Below are positions 8,130 to 15,111 of a DNA stretch of 40,045 nucleotides, piece by piece; the stretch's first letter is position 1; every line of letters begins with the position of its first letter. The position numbers were made by a program, and so were the translations under genes. The DNA is from a virus (taxonomy: Duplodnaviria; Heunggongvirae; Uroviricota; Caudoviricetes), in IMG/VR virus record IMGVR_UViG_2778261504_000023, positions 1 to 40,045 of that record; one strand, 5' to 3'. The notes beneath the pieces are model-generated. The model was not told where the DNA came from and did not search any database. It worked only from the letters and a program-made list of their open reading frames with translations.

Positions 8130-8474
8130 ATGAGAAAGCAGATACAGGCTCTTGGTCGACTCAAAACAGGCCAGATGAACAAAACAGAATCTGCGTATTG
8201 CCAGCACCTTGAGCAGCGTAAACGTGCAGGGGAAATCGCCTGGTATCGATTCGAGGGTATCAAGCTGCGGTTAGCTGACAACACGTTCTATACGCCCGAT
8301 TTTGCTGTGATGCTCTCCACCGGAGAGATGGAACTGCACGAAGTGAAAGGTTTCTGGACCGACGACGCCAGGGTGAAAACCAAAGTCGCCGCAGATCAGT
8401 ATCCGTTCCGAATCATCGGGGTAACGGTTAAACCAAAGAAAGCAGGTGGTGGCTGGAACATCGAAGAGTTCTGA
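8130..8474 (+). CDS. Hypothetical protein, possibly DUF1064-type nuclease-like
   Basis: 114 aa; pattern YCQHLEQRKRAGEI..YTPDF.V....E..LHEVKG reminiscent of DUF1064 / PD-(D/E)XK-like phage proteins; assignment from memory only. Confidence 0.45.
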   Translation: MRKQIQALGRLKTGQMNKTESAYCQHLEQRKRAGEIAWYRFEGIKLRLADNTFYTPDFAVMLSTGEMELHEVKGFWTDDARVKTKVAADQYPFRIIGVTVKPKKAGGGWNIEEF

Positions 8475-8535
8475 ATCGACGATCTTTTTAGTTATCAATG
8501 TAATCAATAAGTTATGTGGATAAGCGAGGGTAAAG

Positions 8536-9114
8536 ATGGACGGTAATATCAAAGGGTTAGTTTCCGCCGGGCATGAGATGGCTTCTGAACTGAAAGCAGA
8601 ATGTGGTGCCGTTGATATGCGCAGTGTGGCAAAGCTGATCAGCGATTTGGCAACGCAACTGGAAGTGCAACTGGTGCGTGCTAATGCGCTGGCCGAAGAC
8701 CAGCAGAAAGCGATTGATTCAATTAAGCAGGCTGATTCGGCTGTTAAGTTGGCACACGAGAAGTTTTCAGAGATGGCGGCGGAGAATGCTGGGCTGAAGG
8801 CTGCGCACCCTCAACCATTCGGACCTGAGATGATGAAGGCTCTTGATGCGTATGAGAAGCATCAGGATGAAGTGCCGGAGACTGGAATGCTTGATGCATT
8901 TTTCATCTTGCGCGACAGCATCCGTGTTGAAACACCAGCCACCGATGCTTTCCTGGCTGAAGTACGGGCGCAGGCGTTTGATGACCTTTGCGCGGCGTTC
9001 GTTAAGCACGCGTCGGTGTCCGGGCTGGACGATGGCGACTGCGTTACGGTGAAAGAGGCGACTGACGCCCTGCTGCATTGTGCGGAACAGCTTCACAAGG
9101 GAGTGCATTCATGA
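8536..9114 (+). CDS. Hypothetical phage protein (Ead/Ea22-like region)
   Basis: 192 aa; SD GAGGG before ATG; no catalytic motif recognised. Confidence 0.45.
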   Translation: MDGNIKGLVSAGHEMASELKAECGAVDMRSVAKLISDLATQLEVQLVRANALAEDQQKAIDSIKQADSAVKLAHEKFSEMAAENAGLKAAHPQPFGPEMMKALDAYEKHQDEVPETGMLDAFFILRDSIRVETPATDAFLAEVRAQAFDDLCAAFVKHASVSGLDDGDCVTVKEATDALLHCAEQLHKGVHS

Positions 9115-9350
9115 GCAACCTACTACCATGTCCATTCTGTGGCGGTGCAGCGCACGTTGCCAGCGAAGCAGATCACCCTGAATATGGCTCTGGCGGTCGA
9201 TTCTATTTCGTTCGATGCGGTACGTGTCGCGCTCAATCTGGTAGCAAATATGCAGCGCCTGGAAATGACTGCGCGATTTTTTATTCAGAGGTTAGAGCAG
9301 AGTGGAATCAGCGAGCAAAGGAGGCAAACAGTGAGTGTATATCTTATTGA
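9111..9350 (+). CDS. Lar-family restriction alleviation protein
   Basis: 79 aa; CPFCGG ... C..C signature of Lar family; ATG overlaps upstream stop (ATGA); SD AAGGGAG. Confidence 0.65.
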   Translation: MSNLLPCPFCGGAAHVASEADHPEYGSGGRFYFVRCGTCRAQSGSKYAAPGNDCAIFYSEVRAEWNQRAKEANSECISY

Positions 9351-9630
9351 TAAACGTCGACGTGGGCAACAAATACCACCTGTAGGAATTCCGAATCACA
9401 CATGGTTTTGCGTACTTGATATCGATGGTATGGATGCGTTGGTTGACACTCGTCATTACTGCGATACCGCAACAGCTACTCCGGCGAAAGCAAAGAAAAT
9501 GGCTGCTCTGATAGAAAACTGGACTCCACCTGATGGTTGGTGCAATGGGAATGATCGAGATTGGCACGAAAAAATGAAGGGCTATATCTGCGATTTTTTA
9601 CGTAAATGCAACGGCTTCAGGGTGATGTGA
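9331..9630 (+). CDS. Hypothetical protein (99 aa)
   Basis: GTG at 9331 preceded by AGGAGG; longer ORF (9139) would overlap lar in another frame. Confidence 0.4.
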   Translation: MSVYLIDKRRRGQQIPPVGIPNHTWFCVLDIDGMDALVDTRHYCDTATATPAKAKKMAALIENWTPPDGWCNGNDRDWHEKMKGYICDFLRKCNGFRVM

Positions 9631-9631
9631 T

Positions 9632-10039
9632 ATGAACAAGATTGACTATCAGGCACTGCGTGAAGCGGCAGAGAAAGCCGGTGAAGATAAGTGGCAGGCT
9701 AAAAAAATAAATGGTGATTTTTTCGTTATTCGTCACGGTAGTTATACAAGACAGCATGGCTACACATCGTATCAACCCATTGCGGAGATTGATTGTAAGC
9801 AAGTCCGGGATTTTGTTGCCAAGGCTAATCCGGCTACCGTGCTGGAATTACTGGATGAACTGGAAGCAGCAAAAAAGCGCATTGCAGAACTGAAAGCGCG
9901 GGAAATACTGCTCCCGGAACGTAGCAGCATGCTTCATCGAACAGATTTTCACGATGATTACCAAACGGTAATGGCATACAAAGTTTCTGAAGTCATCGAT
10001 GCAATCCGCGCCCCTGGCATTCGCATCAAAGGAGAGTGA
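9632..10039 (+). CDS. Hypothetical protein, Ead/Ea22-like
   Basis: 135 aa; coiled-coil segment ATVLELLDELEAAKKRIAELKA typical of Ea22-like early proteins. Confidence 0.45.
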   Translation: MNKIDYQALREAAEKAGEDKWQAKKINGDFFVIRHGSYTRQHGYTSYQPIAEIDCKQVRDFVAKANPATVLELLDELEAAKKRIAELKAREILLPERSSMLHRTDFHDDYQTVMAYKVSEVIDAIRAPGIRIKGE

Positions 10040-10040
10040 T

Positions 10041-10250
10041 ATGGCTATCGCTGCAAGTTACACCATGCATCTCTATTGTGACTGCCGCCAGTGTACGGAA
10101 GGTGTATATCCAGTGCCAGACTTCGGTGAGTATATCGGTACGTCATGGTCTGGTTGTGCAAAAGAGGCCCGTAAAGACGGGTGGCGAATAAGTAAAGACA
10201 AAACACGTGCTTTTGCGCCCGGGCATAAAGTTTTGAGGATTAACAAATGA
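10041..10250 (+). CDS. Hypothetical small Cys-rich protein
   Basis: 69 aa from ATG 10041 (2 nt after upstream stop); HLYCDCRQC motif. Confidence 0.4.
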   Translation: MAIAASYTMHLYCDCRQCTEGVYPVPDFGEYIGTSWSGCAKEARKDGWRISKDKTRAFAPGHKVLRINK

Positions 10251-11086
10251 CCACTATTACCAAAGAACGTATCGAATTATTCATTAAAAATCCGCTTGAT
10301 AACGGGCTTACCCGTGGCGAACAAATGGAACTAGCACGAATTGCGCTGGCATCACTGGAAGCCGAACCGGTTGCAGTAAACGACGACATGGCTTACGCAT
10401 TCCATCACGCATTGTCAGATTCATCGCTAGGCGCTGATGAAGTAGAGGAAATTAAGGCCGGTTTGCGTGCTGCCTTTGCCAACGTCACTATCCAACCAGA
10501 GCCGGTAGTGCCGGATGAAATCGAGCCAGACGATAGCAATACGTTTGATTATGTTGATGGCTGGAACGCCTGCCGCGCCGCCATGCTTCAGTCCGGAAAC
10601 TTTCGGGAAAACAAGAATTCGTCAACCAATAATTTTCGGGAAATCGCGGAAACGTCAACCAACTATCCGGTAATTCCTAGTGAGGTGTTGTCTGCAATCC
10701 AGAAGGTTGCCAAGATTCGTGCCGATTTCGATGATTTTGACGGTGACAGGCGAGGTATCGGTGATTGTCTGGATGAGGCTGAGCAAGAGCTTATCGTTAC
10801 CATTAACAAATATGCCAGTCAGTTGGCAGCAGAACCTATAGCGCCTAATGACGTTCGAGAGCAGACAGCCATTCCGCAAGTTCCGGTAACTCCGGATAGT
10901 TGGATAAGCTGTAGTGAGCGAATGCCCCCTCAAGATGATTGGATTTTAATTTATTCAAAGCACGGCGAGTATATGGCAGGACAGGTACAAGGGGAATACG
11001 TGGAGTTGAGCGACGGCACTTTATCGTGGTTAGGGAACGCCTTGTTCTGGATGCCGCTACCAGAACCGCCGCAGGAGGCGAAGTAA
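10247..11086 (+). CDS. Hypothetical protein with DUF551-like C-terminal domain and internal tandem repeat
   Basis: 279 aa; C-terminus WISCSERMPP...WMPLPEPP typical of DUF551; 30-bp tandem repeat at 10601..10663. Confidence 0.55.
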   Translation: MTTITKERIELFIKNPLDNGLTRGEQMELARIALASLEAEPVAVNDDMAYAFHHALSDSSLGADEVEEIKAGLRAAFANVTIQPEPVVPDEIEPDDSNTFDYVDGWNACRAAMLQSGNFRENKNSSTNNFREIAETSTNYPVIPSEVLSAIQKVAKIRADFDDFDGDRRGIGDCLDEAEQELIVTINKYASQLAAEPIAPNDVREQTAIPQVPVTPDSWISCSERMPPQDDWILIYSKHGEYMAGQVQGEYVELSDGTLSWLGNALFWMPLPEPPQEAK

Positions 11087-11208
11087 TGAACAAGTGCAAC
11101 GCTCTGCTTTATGCCATGGTGATTGGTTTCGGCCTGGCTGCTGGTATCCGGGTTTATATTGCCTGGGTGTCATTAATCAATCTGGCGTGGAGTGCGATTC
11201 GTGGCTAA
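11086..11208 (+). CDS. Hypothetical small hydrophobic protein (40 aa)
   Basis: ATG 11086 overlaps upstream stop (TAATG); strong SD AGGAGG; sequence MNKCNALLYAMVIGFGLAAGIRVYIAWVSLINLAWSAIRG predicted single TM. Confidence 0.4.
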   Translation: MNKCNALLYAMVIGFGLAAGIRVYIAWVSLINLAWSAIRG

Positions 11209-11539
11209 ATCCCCCGCAGAACGCAAAGCCGCGCAGCGCGCTCGGCAGTCCGCCGCCGGTGAGCGCAAAATTGAACTGGTGCTGGATAAGCAGGAGCAGG
11301 AAATGCTGGCGCGGAACTGCGCCGCCCGGCGCCCTGGTCGCGATCCCTATGAAATGGCCGAGTACATCGCGCTGCTGATCCGCCAGGATGATGCACGCGT
11401 GCGCGGGCGTATAAAATCGATCAGCAGAAAACGTTGCGGTAAGTGCGGCGAGAGAGTTCCAGTTAATTCATGCCCGTGTAATGGTGACTCGCAATGCTGG
11501 GTGACTAAAGGCTGGCATGAAACGAAATTAATAGTGTGA
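11201..11539 (+). CDS. Hypothetical protein with C-terminal Cys cluster, immediately upstream of late operon
   Basis: About 112 aa from GTG 11201 (SD GGAG); C-terminal CGKCG...CPCNGDSQC; stop overlaps GTGACATGTCAC palindrome. Confidence 0.4.
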   Translation: MAKSPAERKAAQRARQSAAGERKIELVLDKQEQEMLARNCAARRPGRDPYEMAEYIALLIRQDDARVRGRIKSISRKRCGKCGERVPVNSCPCNGDSQCWVTKGWHETKLIV

Positions 11540-11547
11540 CATGTCAC
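11536..11547. repeat. 12-bp perfect palindrome GTGACATGTCAC (copy 1 of 3)
   Basis: Exact 12-mer also at 13801..13812 and 31358..31369; each next to an intrinsic terminator-like hairpin. Confidence 0.8.
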
Positions 11548-11588
11548 GAGTAGATTATGCATGATGAATTTGATGTGTTTTGAATACT

Positions 11589-11614
11589 GCCGCCAACTAT
11601 GGCGGCTTTATTTT
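11589..11614 (+). terminator. Rho-independent terminator upstream of terminase genes
   Basis: GCCGCC-aactat-GGCGGC followed by TTTATTTT. Confidence 0.7.
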
Positions 11615-11625
11615 GCATGTTACTA

Positions 11626-11640
11626 TTACCACAACGGTAA
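11626..11640. promoter_or_regulatory. Palindrome TTACCACAACGGTAA upstream of terS
   Basis: Perfect TTACC-N5-GGTAA, 20 bp before terS start. Confidence 0.55.
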
Positions 11641-11660
11641 CAATTACCAGGGTGGTTATT

Positions 11661-12254
11661 ATGCCTGCTGAACCTAAAACCTATAAACGCAAATCAACGC
11701 AATTTAAGCCACTAACAGCAATGCAGGAGGCTTATTGCCAGTCATACATCAAAACGCCTGAAAACCAGACTCAGGCAGCGATTAACGCAGGATTCTCCCC
11801 AAATACAGCGGCAGTTAAAGCCAGTGTCATGATGCGCGATGAACGCATTCAAAAACGGATTGCCGAGTTGATGGAGGAGCGCAACAAACGAATGCGCGTC
11901 AGTGCTGATTATGTGCTGAGGCGCCTGGTGGAAATAGACCAGATGGACGTGATCGATATCCTTAACGACGATGGGAGCCTTAAGCCCATCCGCGAGTGGC
12001 CGAAAATCTGGCGCACTACGCTTAGCGGCTTTGATCTGTCATCGACCATCATGAACATGAACGAGGATTCGATAGAGACAATCCTCAAAAAAATTAAATG
12101 GCCTGACAAGGTGAAGAACCTCGAACTGATTGGTAAGCACGTCGACGTCAACGCATTCAAAGAACGCCTGGATGTTAATGTGAATGTGACAATTGCTGAT
12201 CGCATAGCGGCAGCCAGGAAGCGACTCAAAGAACGTCAGGATGGTAATCAGTGA
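11661..12254 (+). CDS. Terminase small subunit (P27-family type)
   Basis: 197 aa from ATG 11661; N-terminal region MPAEPKTYKRK...LTAMQEAYCQSYIKTPENQTQAAINAGFSP typical of terminase small subunits; stop overlaps terL start. Confidence 0.7.
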   Translation: MPAEPKTYKRKSTQFKPLTAMQEAYCQSYIKTPENQTQAAINAGFSPNTAAVKASVMMRDERIQKRIAELMEERNKRMRVSADYVLRRLVEIDQMDVIDILNDDGSLKPIREWPKIWRTTLSGFDLSSTIMNMNEDSIETILKKIKWPDKVKNLELIGKHVDVNAFKERLDVNVNVTIADRIAAARKRLKERQDGNQ

Positions 12255-13726
12255 CAGATACAGCGTTATCTCCTGAAGAGCAGTTGATCGAGGATATTGC
12301 AGGGTTCACTCACGATCCGCTTGGTTATGCCCTCTATGCGTTCCCGTGGGGGGAAGAGGGGACTGAACTGGCACATGCTACCGGTCCACGTCAGTGGCAG
12401 GCTGATGCGTTCCGAGAGATACGTGATCACCTGCAGAATCCAGAGACGCGCTATCAGCCGCTTATGCTGGCACGTGCTTCGGGTCACGGTATTGGTAAAT
12501 CCGCATTCATCTCAATGCTGATCAACTGGGGCATGTCCACTTGCGAGGATTGTAAGGTCGTGGTGACCGCCAACACCGACAACCAGCTACGAACGAAGAC
12601 CTGGCCGGAAATTATCAAGTGGTCGAACCTTGCTATCACGAAAGACTGGTTTACCTGTACCGCTACCGCGATGTACAGCAATGATCCTGGGCACGACAAG
12701 CGGTGGCGCGCTGACGCAATCCCCTGGTCTGAGCACAACACTGAGGCGTTCGCGGGACTACACAACGAGCGCAAACGCATCATCGTGGTGTTTGATGAAG
12801 CGTCGAACATTGCGGATCTGGTGTGGGAAGTTGCTGAGGGTGCGCTTACGGACGAAGACACTGAGATTATTTGGGTGGCGTTCGGAAACCCGACGCGTAA
12901 TACCGGGCGATTCCGTGAATGCTTCCGCAAATACAAGCACCGCTGGAAGTGTGCGCAGATAGACAGCCGGACGGTGGAAGGTACTAACAAACAGCAGTTG
13001 CAGAAATGGGTTGATGACTACGGGGAAGACAGCGACTTCGTTAAAATCCGTGTGCGCGGCATATTCCCTGATGCATCTGAATTGCAGTTTATCCCTACCG
13101 GTCTTACTGATGAGGCAATGAAACGGGTGGTAACCGCTGCGCAGGTGGCACATGCTCCGGTGATAATCGGTGTTGACCCGGCATATTCAGGCGTTGATGA
13201 CGCGGTGATATACCTGCGGCAGGGGTTGCATAGTAAGGTGCTATGGACTGGCAACAAGACCACTGACGATCTGATAATGGCGAAGCGTATCGCTGACTTT
13301 GAAGACCAGTACCAGGCTGACGCAGTGTTCATCGACTTCGGTTACGGAACTGGTCTGAAGTCAATCGGTGATGGCTGGGGACGTACATGGCAACTTGTTC
13401 CGTTCGGCGGTGCGTCCACTGACCCGCAGATGCTTAACAAGCGTGGGGAGATGTTCAACTCATGTAAGACATGGCTGAGGCTCGGCGGGATGCTGGATGA
13501 CCAGGAAACAGCGGACGACCTGTCGGCGGCAGAGTATAAAGTTCGAGTGGACGGTAAAATCGTTATCGAACCGAAGGAAGATATCAAAGAGCGACTTGGG
13601 CGTTCGCCGGGTAAAGGCGATGCGCTACTGCTGACGTTTGCTTTCCCTGTGTCGAAGCGTCTGCGAATTCCTGGGCAGCAGAACCAGCAAGGCAAGGCCA
13701 TCACAGATTATGACCCGTATGCTTAA
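12251..13726 (+). CDS. Terminase large subunit
   Basis: 491 aa; Walker A-like ASGHGIGKS; acidic nuclease-domain residues in C-terminal half; position after terS. Confidence 0.85.
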   Translation: MTDTALSPEEQLIEDIAGFTHDPLGYALYAFPWGEEGTELAHATGPRQWQADAFREIRDHLQNPETRYQPLMLARASGHGIGKSAFISMLINWGMSTCEDCKVVVTANTDNQLRTKTWPEIIKWSNLAITKDWFTCTATAMYSNDPGHDKRWRADAIPWSEHNTEAFAGLHNERKRIIVVFDEASNIADLVWEVAEGALTDEDTEIIWVAFGNPTRNTGRFRECFRKYKHRWKCAQIDSRTVEGTNKQQLQKWVDDYGEDSDFVKIRVRGIFPDASELQFIPTGLTDEAMKRVVTAAQVAHAPVIIGVDPAYSGVDDAVIYLRQGLHSKVLWTGNKTTDDLIMAKRIADFEDQYQADAVFIDFGYGTGLKSIGDGWGRTWQLVPFGGASTDPQMLNKRGEMFNSCKTWLRLGGMLDDQETADDLSAAEYKVRVDGKIVIEPKEDIKERLGRSPGKGDALLLTFAFPVSKRLRIPGQQNQQGKAITDYDPYA

Positions 13727-13800
13727 TCCGCTGGTGGGGATAATGTCGTTGATATCCTCTGATGAGGATAAAACAAAGCCAGCTCATCGGCTGGCTGTTT

Positions 13801-13812
13801 GTGACATGTCAC
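13801..13812. repeat. 12-bp perfect palindrome GTGACATGTCAC (copy 2 of 3)
   Basis: Preceded by hairpin AGCCAGC-tcatcg-GCTGGCT at 13777..13796, 50 bp after terL stop. Confidence 0.8.
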
Positions 13813-13816
13813 GGTG

Positions 13817-14188
13817 TTATTGCTCGCTTAGCTTCTGCTTCAGCAAGTAACCTTCGAGCATCCAGATTTTGTTTACAGCATTCTGCCGGGCAATCTTCCG
13901 ACCAATTTCTGCATCAAAATTTTCCGGACTTGCACAGGCACTCTCTCCGGTGACGGTGAAGCCGTTGCGCAGTACCAGGACGCAGAACGTCAGCAGAGAA
14001 AGTGATTCGTGCGGCTGGTAGTTTACCTCTCCGCCAGTATGTTTCGCTTTTATGGCTTTGCCAAAGGCACCATCTTCTGCTGTGAAATATGCCTCCTGAG
14101 CAATAATGCCTTCGATATGGTCTGGCGTAACGCGCGGTGCCGTTTTTCCTTTCTCAACGATTTCTTTTTCGATTTGCTGGTCGTTCAT
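13817..14188 (-). CDS. Hypothetical protein (123 aa) in antisense cassette with tRNA-Arg
   Basis: ATG 14188 with SD AAGGTGAG; no motif recognised; antisense to late operon. Confidence 0.5.
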   Translation of the reverse strand: MNDQQIEKEIVEKGKTAPRVTPDHIEGIIAQEAYFTAEDGAFGKAIKAKHTGGEVNYQPHESLSLLTFCVLVLRNGFTVTGESACASPENFDAEIGRKIARQNAVNKIWMLEGYLLKQKLSEQ

Positions 14189-14199
14189 AATCTCACCTT

Positions 14200-14224
14200 A
14201 AAAAAATGCCCGGCGAACCGGGCG
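14200..14224 (-). terminator. Terminator/attenuator-like hairpin immediately 5' of the RBS of gene 13817..14188
   Basis: On minus strand: CGCCCGG-ttcg-CCGGGCA followed by TTTTTTT then AAGGTGAG-ATG. Confidence 0.5.
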
Positions 14225-14301
14225 AACTGGAAGCAATGAGTTATGCCTTCCGTGGCTGTACGGGTTTACAGCATGAAGTCATCGCAATGGCGTCCTGCTG
14301 T

Positions 14302-14343
14302 AAAAAGGGCGGTGATAGTCCTTCAAGGGAAACCATCACCGCC
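14302..14343 (-). terminator. Intrinsic terminator-like hairpin downstream of tRNA-Arg (minus strand)
   Basis: On minus strand GGCGGTGAT-N18-ATCACCGCC followed by CTTTTT. Confidence 0.5.
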
Positions 14344-14386
14344 AAGCACCTGGAACTTCTGGCATCACGGTCCTTAGGCGTGATTC

Positions 14387-14463
14387 TGGCGTGGCATGCA
14401 GGATTCGAACCTGCGACCAACCGCTTAGAAGGCGGTTGCTCTGTCCAACTGAGCTAATGCCAC
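14387..14463 (-). tRNA. tRNA-Arg (anticodon UCU)
   Basis: Reverse complement folds as cloverleaf: acceptor GTGGCAT/ATGCCAC, D-arm GCTC/GAGC, anticodon stem ACCGC/GCGGT with loop CTTCTAA, T-arm GCAGG-TTCGAAT-CCTGC, discriminator G, encoded CCA. Confidence 0.85.
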
Positions 14464-14785
14464 AACGCTGAGAGCACTTAGCCTGTTAAGGCGCCACACT
14501 TTGTCGCGGCTCCATAAATGCTCTCATCGTTGTACCCTCGTCTCTTCCGAGGTGTCACACCGAATCGCCGGGATGGTGAATCCCCGTGCGCGGAATAAAA
14601 CCGCTCGACTTGCACATTCCGGCTACCTAGTTCGTTTGCCCGAGCAAGGGAGGGTGCCCCTTAAACGTATCCAGACCGCTATCGGCGCATGTGCCATACG
14701 CCGTACTGCTCAAAATAAAAGCTCACTCCACCTGTTCAATTTAACGACAAGCCAGTCAGGTTAATAACAGGAATGCACTCTATGC

Positions 14786-14850
14786 TTACCTGAAAGGTAA
14801 TAATTCGTGTGTTAAATGTCAAGTGTGTACGATAAATAAATCATATGTGG
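14786..14850 (+). promoter_or_regulatory. Putative head-operon promoter module: TTACCTGAAAGGTAA plus TATGTGGTT
   Basis: Palindrome 14786..14800; TATGTGG at 14844..14850; upstream of 14891. Confidence 0.5.
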
Positions 14851-14890
14851 TTAAATTGGTAATAATTTAATTGCGTACGGAGTCATTGAT

Positions 14891-15097
14891 ATGTGCATGG
14901 GTAGCTCACCATCAGTGCCTGCAACACCAGAAGTTCAGGCAGTACCACAGGAGCAGGATGCCGCCGTTGTTGATGCCCGCGACGAAGAAACACGTCGCCG
15001 TCGCGCTGCTGCTGGTCGTAGTTCTACGCTGCTTACCGGTTCTCAGGGCGACACATCAACCGCTAATACCAGCGGTAAAACGCTGCTTGGTCAGTAA
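14891..15097 (+). CDS. Hypothetical small protein upstream of portal (68 aa)
   Basis: Translation initiation region CGGAGTCATTGATATG nearly identical to that of the portal gene (CGGAGTCATTGAAATG). Confidence 0.45.
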   Translation: MCMGSSPSVPATPEVQAVPQEQDAAVVDARDEETRRRRAAAGRSSTLLTGSQGDTSTANTSGKTLLGQ

Positions 15098-15111
15098 CCG
15101 GAGTCATTGAA

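Noticed and set aside
8511-8519. DnaA-box-like TGTGGATAA upstream of gene 8536
   Set aside because: Single 9-mer with no clustered boxes or AT-rich unwinding element; likely chance
9139-9330. N-terminal extension of ORF 9139..9630 overlapping lar in another frame
   Set aside because: Start at GTG 9331 has a perfect AGGAGG SD and avoids an extended overlap with lar; the extension is probably not translated
9958-9971. TTACCAAACGGTAA with 4-bp spacer inside coding sequence
   Set aside because: Spacer length differs from the intergenic family (5-6 bp) and it lies within a gene; noted but not counted as an operator
14206-14457. Plus-strand 83-aa ORF overlapping the tRNA-Arg gene
   Set aside because: Overlaps a well-formed tRNA on the opposite strand and terminator hairpins; no RBS
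14501-14764. Plus-strand 87-aa ORF in the region upstream of tRNA-Arg
   Set aside because: Non-protein-like composition (Arg/Ser/His-rich), no SD; region is more likely a structured non-coding leader
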